From the human T2T-CHM13v2.0 reference genome, Homo sapiens, in assembly GCF_009914755.1 (NCBI RefSeq), contig NC_060937.1: DNA of 64,000 nucleotides; one strand, written 5' to 3'. A program made the position numbers and the translations under genes. The notes below the pieces were generated by a model. That model had not been told where the DNA came from, did no database searches, and saw only the letters and a program-made list of their open reading frames with translations. Below, piece after piece: positions 1 through 16,927 of this stretch (position 1 is the first letter of the stretch; every line of letters starts with the position of its first letter).

Positions 1-237
<237 letters not shown>

Positions 238-294
238 TTACATATTTATTATGTTTTATATTGTTATATAATATAAAAAGTCGGTTTTTCGGGG

Positions 295-492
<198 letters not shown>

Positions 493-664
493 GTAAAAAG
501 TAGAAAATATTTTATAAAAATATATTTGTGTAAAGTAGAACATATATAAAAACATACTAAAGGAGAAAGGAGAAAAAAATTCTTTCATTTATTTTTTTCC
601 CAGGCATTTTAAATTTGGATTATAAAAATCATTTTAGAAAAATCATTAATGCTCTTTTACAAAA

Positions 665-2878
<2,214 letters not shown>

Positions 2879-3326
2879 AATTGATCAGAGACCACGAAAA
2901 GAAATTTGTGCTTCACCGAAGAAAAATATCTAAACATCGAGAAACTATGGGAAAAAAAATTGCAAAATCTAAAATAAAAAATGCAAAATCTAAAATAAAA
3001 AATGGAAAGGAAACTTTGAACCTTATGTACCGAGCAAATGCAAGGTCTAGCAAATATAATGCTAGTCCTAGATTACTTATTGATTTAAAAACAAAAAAAA
3101 GATTACTTAATTTTGATTTAAAAACAAAAAATCGTAAAATACAAAAACCAGTTAATGTTTTGTAGACCCTGGGAAAAGAATTTTCAGCAAAGTACAAAAA
3201 TTTAAAGCATTCCTTTAATTTTTTAATTCTTTACTGTGGAATAGCTCAAAATGTCCATTCTGTTTTAAGTAACAGAATTGATAACTGAGCAAGGAAACAT
3301 GGTTTGGATTATAAAATTCTTGCTTT

Positions 3327-3332
3327 AATAAA
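3327..3332 (+). terminator. Polyadenylation signal AATAAA of PABPC3/parental mRNA
   Basis: Canonical hexamer ~17 nt upstream of the genomic A-tail remnant. Confidence 0.8.
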
Positions 3333-4059
3333 AATTTCTTAAACAGTGAAAAAAAGAAAAATCATCAATTTTACTAATAGTCTTTCTTTACATTTTCTAT
3401 TATTCTATCTCCCACTATATTTCAAATATGAAAATCACTTTTTCACCAAAATTTTAGGTCTTTACATAATAGTGTTTATTTTTAATATTCATAAATGAAA
3501 ATATGCAATGACAAAATAGTAATTATAAATTCAGTAACATATGTTCAAAATTGTAAGACAATTATTAATTTATACTGCATTATTTTTAAATAAAAAATAA
3601 ATACATAGTTTTAAAAATCTAATTGAACAGGAGGCTAAACATGGTTCTGATCACAGAGATAATCACTTTTAATCATTTGGTTTTAGTGTTTCTGGTAGTT
3701 GATTTTCTTCAATAATAATTGTACATAGTTATTTCTTGGTTTATCAATTTTGTAATTTAACTATTGACTTCCTGCTGTAACAAATAAGGATATGTTTCAT
3801 CTACCTCTTCCCACCATCCCTCCTCCTCCTCCCAATATAATTTATCACTACTTGTAGCTCCTTTATTGGTAATATTAATTAATATAAATATTTATAATTA
3901 ATGTTACACCTAGTGAATTGTATAAAAGGACAGCCCATTTGAGCATTCTCCTTTAAGATGAGTAGAGGCTGTGACATTGCACTACATAGAAATATAATTA
4001 TACCATATTACTTTGCAATAAACTATGTATTATAGAGAGATGGTCACTATGTAATGTGG

Positions 4060-4185
4060 GTATAGCTATACACACACATACACACAAACATATAAATAAT
4101 GTGTGTGCATATATATAATATACACACATGTATGTTATACACACACACATATGTATATATATATACATATATTATATATATATAA
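4060..4185. repeat. Degenerate (CA)/(TA)/(TG) microsatellite
   Basis: Alternating purine-pyrimidine runs. Confidence 0.8.
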
Positions 4186-4467
4186 AAAATACATGCTGTT
4201 TATTCATCCCCATTTTGGGGGCCTGTAGGTAAATTATGGAGAAATCCCTTATGGTTAAAGTTAAATGATTTTCATAACTCATAAAATTAGAATGTTCATA
4301 TTTGAAAAAAATATAAAGATGTTTTGAGGTATATTATTTACTCACTGACAATGTCTGATGTATACGTGGTCCATACAGCAGGGCTTCAGTCCTCAGATGT
4401 TGCCAGTTTCCAGGTTGTTAAATACAAGTTTGCTGAAGGTCTTGTCATAAGTACCCCAATAGTTTAA

Positions 4468-4792
<325 letters not shown>

Positions 4793-4828
4793 TAAAAATG
4801 GGTTATTCTCGGTTTAGCAATCTTTCTG

Positions 4829-5129
4829 TTTTTTTTTTTTTTTTTTTTTTTTTTTGAGACGGAGTCTCTCCCTGTGGTGGCGTGATCTCGTCTCTCTGCA
4901 AGCTCCGCCTCCTGGGCTCAAGCCATTCTCCTGTCTCAGCCTCCCAAGTAGCTAGGACTACAGGCGCCTGCCACTACACCTGGCTAATTTTTTTTTTTTT
5001 TTTGTATTTTTAGTAGAGATGGGTTTGCACCGTGTTAGCCAGGATGGTCTTGAACTCCTGACCTTGTGACCTGCCCGCCTTGGCCTCCCAAAGTGCTGGG
5101 ATTACAGGCGTGAGCCACCATGCCTGGCC
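4829..5129 (-). mobile_element. Alu (AluY/Sc-type) with small internal deletion
   Basis: Long poly-T tail. TSD agcaatctt at 4816-4824 and 5130-5138. Confidence 0.92.
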
Positions 5130-5895
5130 AGCAATCTTACAATTTAACCTTCTATTGACTTCCTGCCAAATTAGATTATAAGCTTCCTAAATACAGAAAC
5201 TGGGTTTGCATAACAGACAATTAAATGCTTGTTGATTGGTCAACATCATATGTCCTGAGGAATTTCATATACTTAACAATCAAGTGCTTAAATTCTCATA
5301 ACACTTCTCAGAATAGCTGAGGGAATATTGGTGTGAGTGTGCAATGCTATTCTAGATGATGTGGGACAAACAGAAAGAAATGATCTCCAGTCCACACTCT
5401 TGAGAAGTGCCCCCTATCCTGGACGACACACACGTCCACAAGTAGCTCCTGGCCATATGGAGGGATGAGCAAAGTATAGGGGGAAGCACAATGTACCCAG
5501 CAGAGAGATCTGGGAAGACCTTGTGCATAAGATGGCTTGTGAGCCGAGCTTTCAAAGATGAGTGGGATTTTGAGGATAGTCAAGAAGAGAAGAGGAGTCC
5601 GAGGCCAAGGGAATTTGACTAAAGGCAGATGTTTCACCAGATTTGACAATGCGTTCCATGGAGTAGTGTTGCCTCTGAGAAGCAGCTGCTTGTTTAGAGG
5701 CTGTGTGTCCCAGCTCCTTTCTGCATCAGGACAGGGCATGTCACTAGCCCTTACCCAGGGGATGTTAGTGGGAGTGATGCATGTCTTTCAAGGCAAGGCA
5801 GTTAAGAAACTGATGGGCTCTCCAATGTCACTTTCCCCATCCACTGGGTGAAGAACATTGCAATTCCTTGAGAGAGGAGCCACAGGACAGAGGGA

Positions 5896-5902
5896 GTGTG
5901 CA

Positions 5903-5938
<36 letters not shown>

Positions 5939-5943
5939 CGTAT

Positions 5944-5988
<45 letters not shown>
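5896..5988. repeat. Compound (TG)n(TA)n(CA)n(TA)n(GA)n microsatellite
   Basis: Directly visible; sits at the tail of the adjacent Alu. Confidence 0.92.
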
Positions 5989-6276
5989 TACGGTCTTGTT
6001 TTGTCTTCCATATTGGAGTACAGAGGTGGGATCATAGCTCACTGTAGTCTTGAATTCCTAGGCTCAAGCAATCTTCCCACCTCAGCCTCCCAAGTAGCTA
6101 GGAGTAAAAGCACACACCACCATGCCTGGCTAATTTATTTTATTTAGTTAGTTTGTAGAGACAGGAGCCTTGCTATGTTGCCTAGGCTGTTCTTGAACTC
6201 CTGGCCTTAAGCAATCCTTCTGCCTCAAGCCTCCCAAAGCACTAGGATTACAGGTGTGAATCATCACACCCAGCCT
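5985..6276 (-). mobile_element. Alu (AluJ-type)
   Basis: Diverged Alu dimer on the minus strand. Confidence 0.88.
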
Positions 6277-6446
6277 AGGTATATTTTATTTTACATAAAA
6301 TTACAATGTTTTATATAAAATATGTACATTACTGTATTTGACTTGAATGTTATTACAGTCAATTATTCAAACTTGAATTAAGTCCAACTGCCTGATCAGT
6401 GATACATTAAAATATCATAATATTTACTTATCCAGCAATCTCAACT

Positions 6447-6807
6447 CTTTTAGTCCCTTCAGGCTGTTATAACAAAATACCATAAACTGCGTGGCTTGTA
6501 AACAACAGAAATTTATTTCTCACTGTTCTGGAGATCGGGAAGTCCAAGATCAAGGTGCCAGCAGATTCAGTATCTGGTGCCTGGTAAGGATCTGCTTTCT
6601 GGTTCATAGAGTCTGTCTTTTTGCTGTATCCCCACATAGGAGGAATCAGCCCTACTGGGCCTCTTCTATAAGGGTATTAATCTTTTCCCCGAGGATTTCA
6701 CTCTCATGACCTGATGACTACCCAAAGACGCCACCTCTTATCATCGTATTGGGGGTTAGGACTCAGCATAGGAGCTTCTAGGGAACATAAAGATTCAGTC
6801 CGCTGCA
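6447..6807 (-). mobile_element. MaLR solo LTR (MLT1A/MST-like)
   Basis: Recalled motifs tagtcc..ataacaaaataccataaact..gaaatttatttctcac..gaagtccaagatcaagg. Confidence 0.8.
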
Positions 6808-7148
6808 TCAACTACCTAATACAGAATGGAAAACATATACGCAAACAGGGCCTTTAGCCAGCCGCAATTAGTAATACAAAGAGCACACATTTTCTTCTTC
6901 CTGGAACATCCAAAATGCCCTCACTCACAAACAAGCTACTCTTATTTTATATAAATTTAAATGTGTATATATATATATGTTAATATATATAAATCTAACA
7001 CGGATAGTTATTTCCTTCTTACTAGAAAATCAAATTGAGAGAGAACAGAAATAAATGCACTAAAAGCAGCAAGAAGTAATACTTGGTACTCAAATATCAA
7101 GAAACAGGAAAAAAGCAACATAAGTACTCAACAATAATAGCATCAGCA

Positions 7149-7290
7149 GGCCAGGCGAGATGGCTCACGCCAATAATCCTAGCACTTTGAGAGGCTGAGG
7201 CAGGCAGATCCCTTGAGCCCAGGAGTTCGAGATCAGCCTGGCCAACATGGCGAAACCCTGTCTCTACCAAAAAATATATATATACAAAAA
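7149..7290 (+). mobile_element. Alu left monomer (FLAM/truncated Alu)
   Basis: ggccaggcg...ccctgtctctacc followed by an A-rich run; no right arm. Confidence 0.85.
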
Positions 7291-7464
7291 TGGAACAAAT
7301 GTCAGTGACAATGGTAACTGTGAGTCCACAGGAGAAAGCAGGATTGTCCTCAGTTTATTGTCACTAAAAAGGCATGTAAGCAGGCAGAACCATGTAGACA
7401 TATCCTTCCCCAAAGAAAAGTTTTAAAGAAGAGTTTTCTCCTTGAGACGATAATAAACTTTCTT

Positions 7465-7827
<363 letters not shown>

Positions 7828-8698
7828 TTACTGGGGTTTATTCCAGAAATGCAAAGTTAGTTAACATTTAAAAATCAATCAATGTAATTTATCATATTAA
7901 TCGAATAAAAGAGAAAACCCAATGGTCATCTCGGTAATATTAAAAAACTTTTATAAAATTTGAGGTCTAGTCATAAAATGCAAAAGCTCAGTAAACTAGG
8001 AATAGATAAGCTCAGTAAACTAGGAATAAAGTATATTTATAAAACATCTAGAATAACATCATGTTGTTCTAATGGTGAAATATTGAATGTGTTCCCTGTC
8101 AAGGAACAAGAAAAGAAAATCCATGATCAACATTTCTATTCAACATTGGACTAAAAAACCTAACCAGTACAATAGGCAAGAAAGACAAATTAAAGCATAA
8201 AGATAGGAAAGAAAAAGTAAGCTGTCATTATTCATAAATGACATGAGTGCATACATAGAAAAGCCCAAAGAATCTATTAATAAATTGAAAGGATGAGTAA
8301 ACTTAGTAGGTCACTGGATTCAAGGTCAATATACTGGAAATCAATTGTATTTCTACATACTCACACAAACCAATTTAAATATAAAATTTAAAAACCAATA
8401 TCAATACAATCCTCTTGGAAAATAGTTTAGCACTTTCTTAAAAAGTTAAACCTATACCTACCAGAAGATCCAGGTATTTTGCTCTTAGTATTTTACCCAA
8501 GAGAAAAAAAACCATATGTTTATACAAAGACTTGTACAAATGTTCACAGCAGCTTCATTTGTAATATCCCGAAACTGAAAACAACCCAAGGGCCCATCGA
8601 AAGGCTAAACAAATTGTGATATAGTTATACAATAGAACACTACCAGGCTATGAAAAGACTGAACTAGTGATATGTACAAAAACACAGAGAAATCTTAG

Positions 8699-9158
<460 letters not shown>

Positions 9159-9587
9159 ACGATATGTTTGTTATCTTAATTGTGGTGATGGTTTGATGGT
9201 GTATACATTTGTCAAAACCTATCAAATTTTACACTTAAATAAGTGCAATATATAACATATCAATAAAGCTCTTTAATTTTTTAAAATAAAGATGTGAATG
9301 GATTGTGCAGAAAAAAATATGATTTCTGACAGCATAAACAACCCCCATTTCATCAAGTATCTAGGAATGCATCTAACAAGAGATGTGCAAAATTGCTACA
9401 TTGAAAGTTACAAAACACTGTAGCAAGAAATCTTAACCTAAATAAATGGAGGGATATGCCATGTTCATGGACTGGAAAACTCACTATGATAAGATGGCAG
9501 TTCCTTTCAAATTTTTCTACAGATTCAATGAAATCCCAAATAAAATCTCAGCAGGATTTTCAATGAACAAACCAAATGTAAAATTTA

Positions 9588-9926
<339 letters not shown>

Positions 9927-10635
9927 CTAAAATAGCCAAACAATCTTGAAAAAAAAACAGAGTTGGAGATTGACACTGCTAGATATCAAGATCTACTGTG
10001 AAGCTACAGCAATAATTAAGACTATGGTATTTGCGCAAGGATAAACAAATAGAATAATAAGCAAATTAGAGTATCCGGAACAGACACACATAGAGTCACT
10101 TGATTTACAATAAAGTAAGACACTGGCTCAATTGGACATCCAATGACCTTGACCTCCACCTCACAGCATACACAAAACATAATCTGAGATAGACCATTGA
10201 CTCAAAAGTGTAAGATAAGACAATAAACTTCTAGAAAAAATATAGAATACTTTAAAAGCCACGCGTAGGCCACATTTTTAAAACAGGACACAAAAGCAGT
10301 AGCAATAATAGAAAAGATTGATAAATTGGTCTTTATTAAAATTAAGAACTTTTGTTCAATAAAAGACAACATTGAAAGTAAAAAAGCAAGCCACGGACTG
10401 GGAGAAGACATTTGCCATCCCCATGTCTGGCAAAGGACTCATTCTGAATATTCAAAGAACTCCGACAAAACACCACCACCCAGTGCAACTTGAATTTATC
10501 TATTATTTTTTACTAAATGAGAAAAAGACTCAAATGGACAATGAACAAATTAAAATACCCAAATAGCCAGTAAGTATTTAAAAAGATGTTCAGCAGGATT
10601 CACTACCTGTACAGTACAAATTAAAACCACAATGA

Positions 10636-10999
<364 letters not shown>

Positions 11000-11814
11000 C
11001 TAAAATTAAGACTAACAATACCAAGTGATGGAGAGGACATGAAACAACCGAAACTTGCATATATTGCCAGTGGGATGTAAACGGTTCCTTTGGAAAACTG
11101 GCATTCTACAAAAATGGAATGTACATACATCCCAAGATTTTCATTCATAGGTATATATTCAACAGAAGTGAGGCCTTAACAGAAAAACATGTACAAGAAT
11201 GCTCACAGCACCTTTATTCATAATACCCCCAAACTAGAAAATCTAAATGTCTATCAACTAAAGAACAGAAAAATGAATACATACGGAAATATTAAAGAAA
11301 GGAGCACTACACTGCAACGAGAAAGAGCAAACTACTGAAGAATGTGCTGCATGGATGACTCGCAGACATTGTGATAAACAAAAGGAAAGGGACCTGACAG
11401 GGCACATGCTGACTGACCCATTTTATATGAAGATCAAGGACAGACAACGCTAATCGTGATGGTAGAAAAAGAACAGGTGGTCGACTTTGCCAGTGGTGGG
11501 GGCATTGACTGGAAAGAGGCAAGAAGGAACCATTTGGGGTGCCGGTAACTTTCTATACCTTCACCTGGGTGGTTGGTAAATGAGTTTATTCATGTGCGAA
11601 AACTCACCAACCTGCACAGTTATAGATCAACTTTTAAAAATTAAAGAAGGTGGAAGAGAAGCTGAAGCAACACATTCCCCTGAGAGTTGCTAAACAAAGT
11701 TCCTGCCCTAGTGTCAGAATGGTATTGAGATAAACACAGGAAACTTTCTTAGTAAGGAAAAAGTTACACTCCGTAGACAGCATTCCTAATTAATTGCCTC
11801 CATGGGTGAGGACA

Positions 11815-12345
11815 CTGCTAATTAAGCTTTTGATTGAAATTTTCAGAAAATCCAACTCAAACTGGTTTAAAGAAATGTATGACTACACTAAAGGGAAGTC
11901 TAGAGATTCGTGGTTGGTTGACCCAACTGCTCAGTCCCAGCTCTGACAGCTCCGCTGTCTGTCTCACTCCTCTACTGTACACAGTGTGGGTTTCAGCTTC
12001 AGCTGGATCCACACTGTGGAGGACCAGGGAGACCATTGCAGTCCAGGCTACAACCGTCTTCATTTTTGCCTGGAGAATTACTACTAGATCTCCCCGGAGA
12101 GTGAGGAAGGATGTCCCCAGAACCTCTAGCAAACCACTTCTTATGTGTCATTGGCCCAAATTTAGTCACAGTTTTGTCTAAATCTATCACTGGCAGTGAG
12201 AACACAAAGATTGGTTTAGTCTAATGAGGGCGACCCTAGGGCTGATAATAGGGTGCATACTGGAACAAAATCAGGGTTCTGTTTAGAACGAGGAAGCGGG
12301 GGCTGGGAAATTGATGCTGGGTTGGCAACTAACAATATCCAATAC
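11815..12345 (-). mobile_element. Old MaLR LTR (MLT1J/K/L-like)
   Basis: cagaaaatccaactcaaactggttta and cttatgtgtcattggccc motifs, typical of reverse-strand MLT1J/K. Confidence 0.55.
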
Positions 12346-13183
12346 AATTTCCTCAAGAAGATTGAAAGCACCTGGGTGGCAGGGACTGTGTTTTAGACCT
12401 CTCCCTTATCTTCACAACCTGTTACTGTCTGGGGGCTATGAGATTAGGGGGTCCCACTAGGGACTGGGGAATATGTAGGACCCCAGAGTCACATACATTA
12501 GAGGAATAGTGGCTGATGCCACTAAGTGGTTAACCACCCAAAAATGTGACTAAGCTTCTCAAGGACCCTCAATGTTTAGAAAACTTTGGAAGAGATGAAC
12601 TCCTACTTGGTAGAAACTTTTGTGGCCACTACCTGTCTATATTAAGCCTGTACAGACAATGAGCTAGAACAAAAGTCATGGCCAATCAAAGAGCACACGG
12701 CCAACTGCAAGGGACAGTCAAGGGAGAAGGCAGCCATCTTTTGTTCCCTCTCTTCTCCCTCCCCTCACAGCAAAGAACATGGAACAGGGTAGAAGGAGAA
12801 AACATAAGTCTAGTGGGGGTATTGGAGTAGAGATAGGAATTGAACATGAGGTTGAAGCTTAGAAATGAACAAATCGATTGATTACATAGGTGTATACATT
12901 TTTATAACAGCTCTATTGAGATATAATCACATACTGTGCCATAAACTTCACTCTTTTCAAAAAGTATACAATTCAGTAATTTGTAATCTATTCCAAGAGT
13001 TGTGCAACCACCATCACAATCTAATTCCTGAACCCTTTTGTCGCTGCAGAAAGAAACCCCATACTCATTAGCTGCCACTCCTCCCCCGCCCCTCAGGCCC
13101 TGGCAATCACTCATCTACTTTCTGTCTCTATAGATTTGCCTATTCTAGACCATCTGTAAATGGAATCAAAATATGAGGCCTTT

Positions 13184-14312
13184 GTTTGTTTGCTTGGGTT
13201 TTTAATTTTTTTATTTTTGTGGGTATGTAGTAGGTGTATATATGTATGGGGTACATAAGATATTTTGATACAGAAGTAAATGTATAATAATTACATCAGA
13301 GTAAATGGGGTATCCATCACCTCAAGCATTTATCTTTTCTTTGTTTTACAAACAATCCCATTGTACTCTTTTAGTTATTTTAAAATATACAATAAATTAC
13401 TGCTGACTGTAGTTACCCTGTTCTGCTGTCAAATACTAGGTTTTATTGATTCTACCTTATTATAAGTTTTGTACCGATTAACAATCACCACTCCCCCCTC
13501 CACTACCCTTCCCAGCCTCTGCTATCCATCATTCTACTCTCTATCTCCATGAGTTCAATTGTTTTAATTTTTAGCTCCCACAAATAAATGAGAACATGTG
13601 AAGTTTGTCTTTCTGTGCCTGGCTTATTTCACTTAACATAATGACCTCCAGTTCCGTCCATGTTTTTGCAAATGACAAAATCTCATTCTTTTTTATGGCT
13701 GAATAGCACTCCATTGTGTATATATACCACATTTTCTTTATCCTTTTGTCTGTTGATGGACACTTAGGTTGCTTCCAAATCTTGGCTACTGTGAATAGTG
13801 CTGCAGTAAACATGGGAGGGCAGGTACTTCTTCAATATACTAATCTTTTGGGTATATACCCAGCAATGGGATTGCTGGATCATAAGTTGGCTCTATTTTT
13901 AGTTTTTTAAGAAACCTCCATATTGTTCTCCATAGTGGCTGTACTAATTTACATTCCCACGAACAGTGTATGAAGATTCCCTTTACTCCACATACTTGCA
14001 AGCATTTGTTACTGCCTGTCTTTTGGATAAAAGCCGTTTTAACTGGGGTGAGATGATATATCATTGCAGTTTTCACCTGCATTTCTCTGATGATCAGTGA
14101 TGTTGTGTACCTTTTCGTATACCTATTTGCCATTTGTATGTCTCTTTTGAGAAATGCTTATTCAGATCTTTTGCCCATTTAAAAAATCAGATTATGACTT
14201 TTTTTCATATAGAGTTGTTTGAACTCCTTACATAGTCTGGTTATGAATCACTTATCAGATGGATAGTTTGCAAATATTTTCTCCCATTCTGTGGGTTTTC
14301 TCTTCACTTTGT
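13184..14312 (-). mobile_element. 5'-truncated L1MA-type element nested in L1MB
   Basis: ORF2 C-terminal peptides (MFTAALFTVAKIWKQPKCPS; [20 protein letters not shown]). TSD tgaggccttt at 13174-13183 and 14313-14322. Confidence 0.87.
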
Positions 14313-15035
14313 TGAGGCCTTTTGTGACGCGCCTCTTTCACCTAGCATGACGTTTTCAAGATTTATGCATGTCGTAGCAAGAATCAGTACTTCAGTCCTC
14401 CTTATGCTGAAGAATGTTCCATTGTGTAGATACACCGCATTTTAAAAACCCATTCATCAGTTGATGAACAATTGGGTTGTTTCCACTTTTTGACTATCTG
14501 GAACAATGCTGCTATGAACATTTATATACAGGTTATTGTATAGATACATGTTTTCAATGCTCTAGGAGTAGAATGGCTGGGTTACATGGTAACTATATGT
14601 TTAGCTATTTGAGGAATTGACAAATGGCTGCACCATTTGAAAATCCCACTAGCAATGTGCAGGGACTGTAGTTTCTCCATATTCTCATCAACACTTGTTA
14701 TTGTCTCTTTTTTATATTAATTACTCCAGTGTGTGAGAAGTGGTGCTTCGTTACGATTTTGATTTGGATTTCCTTAATGACTTAATGATGTTGAGTATCT
14801 TTTCATGTATTTATTGTTCATTCGTACATTTTTTTAGAAATATCTACTGAAATTTTATTGTTGAGTTGTAAAAGAGTCTATATATTTTGGCACAAATCTC
14901 TTATCAGATATAATTTGCAAATATTTTTACCATTCTATTTATTATCTTTTCACTTTTTTGATGGTATTCTTTAAAGCACAAACATTTTTGCTTTTGATGA
15001 AACCCAATTCATCTGTTTTTCTCTTTTGAAGTTTG

Positions 15036-15137
15036 TGCTTTTTTGTGTCATATATAAGAAATCATTGCCTAATTCAAGGTAGATATTATTTTACTTTGAA
15101 TTAGGCAATGGTTTCTTAGAGATGGCACAAAAAAGCA
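15036..15137. repeat. 46-bp inverted repeat with 10-nt spacer within L1
   Basis: Arms 15036-15081 and 15092-15137 are complementary at 41/46 positions. Confidence 0.93.
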
Positions 15138-16874
15138 AAAAGGTTTTCTTGTAAGAGTTTTCTTCTAAGACTTCTAGTTCTTACATGTAGGTCTATGACC
15201 CATTTTGAGTTGGTTTTTGTATATGGTGTGAGATAAAGATCAAACTTTATTTTGTGTGTGTGTGTGGATATCCAGTTGTCCCACTACCATTTGTTGAAAA
15301 GACTATTCTTTCCACGTTGACTGATGTTGGCAACCTTGTCAAAAATCAACTGATCATAAATGTAAGGCTTCACTTCCAGACTCTGAATTCAATTCCATTA
15401 ATCTATGTCTATCCTCATGTCAACCCTGTAGTATCTTGATTTCTGGAGCTTTGACATATATTTTAAAATTGGGAGGTAAATGTTCTCCATCTTTATTCTT
15501 CTTTTTCAAGATTGTTTGGCTATTGTTAGTTTTATAAATTTCCATATGAATTTTAGAACAGCTTGTCAAGTTCTGCAAAAGAAAGGCAGCCTGGATTTTA
15601 ACAGAGGCCATGTTAAATCTGTAGATCAATTTGGGGAGTATTACTATCTTAATAATATGAAGTCTTCCAATCCATGAACATGAATGTATTTCCTTTTATT
15701 TATGTCTTTATATTCTTTCAACAAGGTTTTATAGTTTTCAATATACACCTCAATTAAAAAATGAATGTCTTTCTTTAAAAAAATGAACAGGAGTAGTTAT
15801 TTTTAGAATGAGAATGTTCTAATAACTGAAAATACTAAGGTTTATATGATTGGACTGATATGTCATTAAGCAAGATTCCTCTCTGAGAGAATGGAGTGGT
15901 GGTGTTTAACAGAGTGCAGCTAATGGTTGTTAATGGGAAAATAAAGCCCTTCAATGTTGTTGCTCTGAAGAGTTAAGATGACTCACTAAAAGTAACTATG
16001 GTGATAGAGAATAGAATAAGCTATAACTTGCATTACACTGACATTTACTTTGTCAGAGCAATCTTACAAATGAAAAGGCATTTGTTTTTCTTTAAAAAAG
16101 ATACTGTGCTTTTGTCAAATGTTTATTGAATTTGCATCTGTCATAATCAATGAGCACCTGTCTTAGGATCCTGGTGCTCAGCACTGCTCCCTGTCTGGTT
16201 CACATCTGCAGGCACCTGAGAATGAATAGAGCTCCTCTGCTCTCTCGTTAGCCCCATCCCAAAGGCTGAGCCTCTACTGTTTGGGAACTATCAAGAGAAG
16301 ACACAGCTATCAAGCCAGGAGGTAAGTCTCTGTTTGTGCAGAGCTTCTTGTGAAACTGTAGCAACCACTAGCAAGTTTTCCCAACTACAAAGACAGGTGG
16401 GCCCATCCCTTGCAGGGGTAAAACACATTCTACTTCTAGAGAGAAGAGATTTTGTACCTGAACTTAAGGGAAAACAGACCAGAAAGGATGCAATGGGCTA
16501 CCCGAGCCAAGTTCATTTTCTTACTAACAGGATGATTCATCTTCAAAGGTATTCGGTCTCAGCCGACCCTAGTCTAAGAAAACCCTGAGTGAAACCAGCC
16601 AACAATCTGCTTATCATAATCTCTTCATATGAGCTGTTATCATGCAAATAATCTAGATGTTCCTGAGATGATTACAAATAATCACCCTTCAAGTACATGT
16701 TGTAAAAAATGGTATTAACATTTGCTGAGTGACTGTGCCCCATGCATTGATCTGGTGCTTTTATATGTAATTCTCAGTTTAATGAAATTTGATAAATATG
16801 ATTTAAAAATCACTACCTTCCAAATCAATTCAACAAACTTGTGTTCACTAAACAGACAAGTAAAACATCATCCA

Positions 16875-16917
<43 letters not shown>

Positions 16918-16927
16918 CCATATATAT
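16875..16927. repeat. (TG)n(TA)n microsatellite
   Basis: Directly visible. Confidence 0.9.

Larger units (their letters stand above)
12895..15760 (-). mobile_element. L1MB-like 3' fragment hosting a younger L1MA insertion
   Basis: T-rich antisense L1. Minus-strand translation gives ORF2-like MIYRFN..KI at 15420-15629. Confidence 0.85.

Noticed and set aside
2881-3197. 94-aa ORFs on both strands after the stop codon
   Set aside because: Low-complexity Lys/Phe-rich translations of the A-rich 3'UTR.
7984-8028. 24-bp-period tandem duplication (aagctcagtaaactaggaata)
   Set aside because: Ordinary slippage duplication in a dead L1; similar trivial cases at ~34561 and ~41580.
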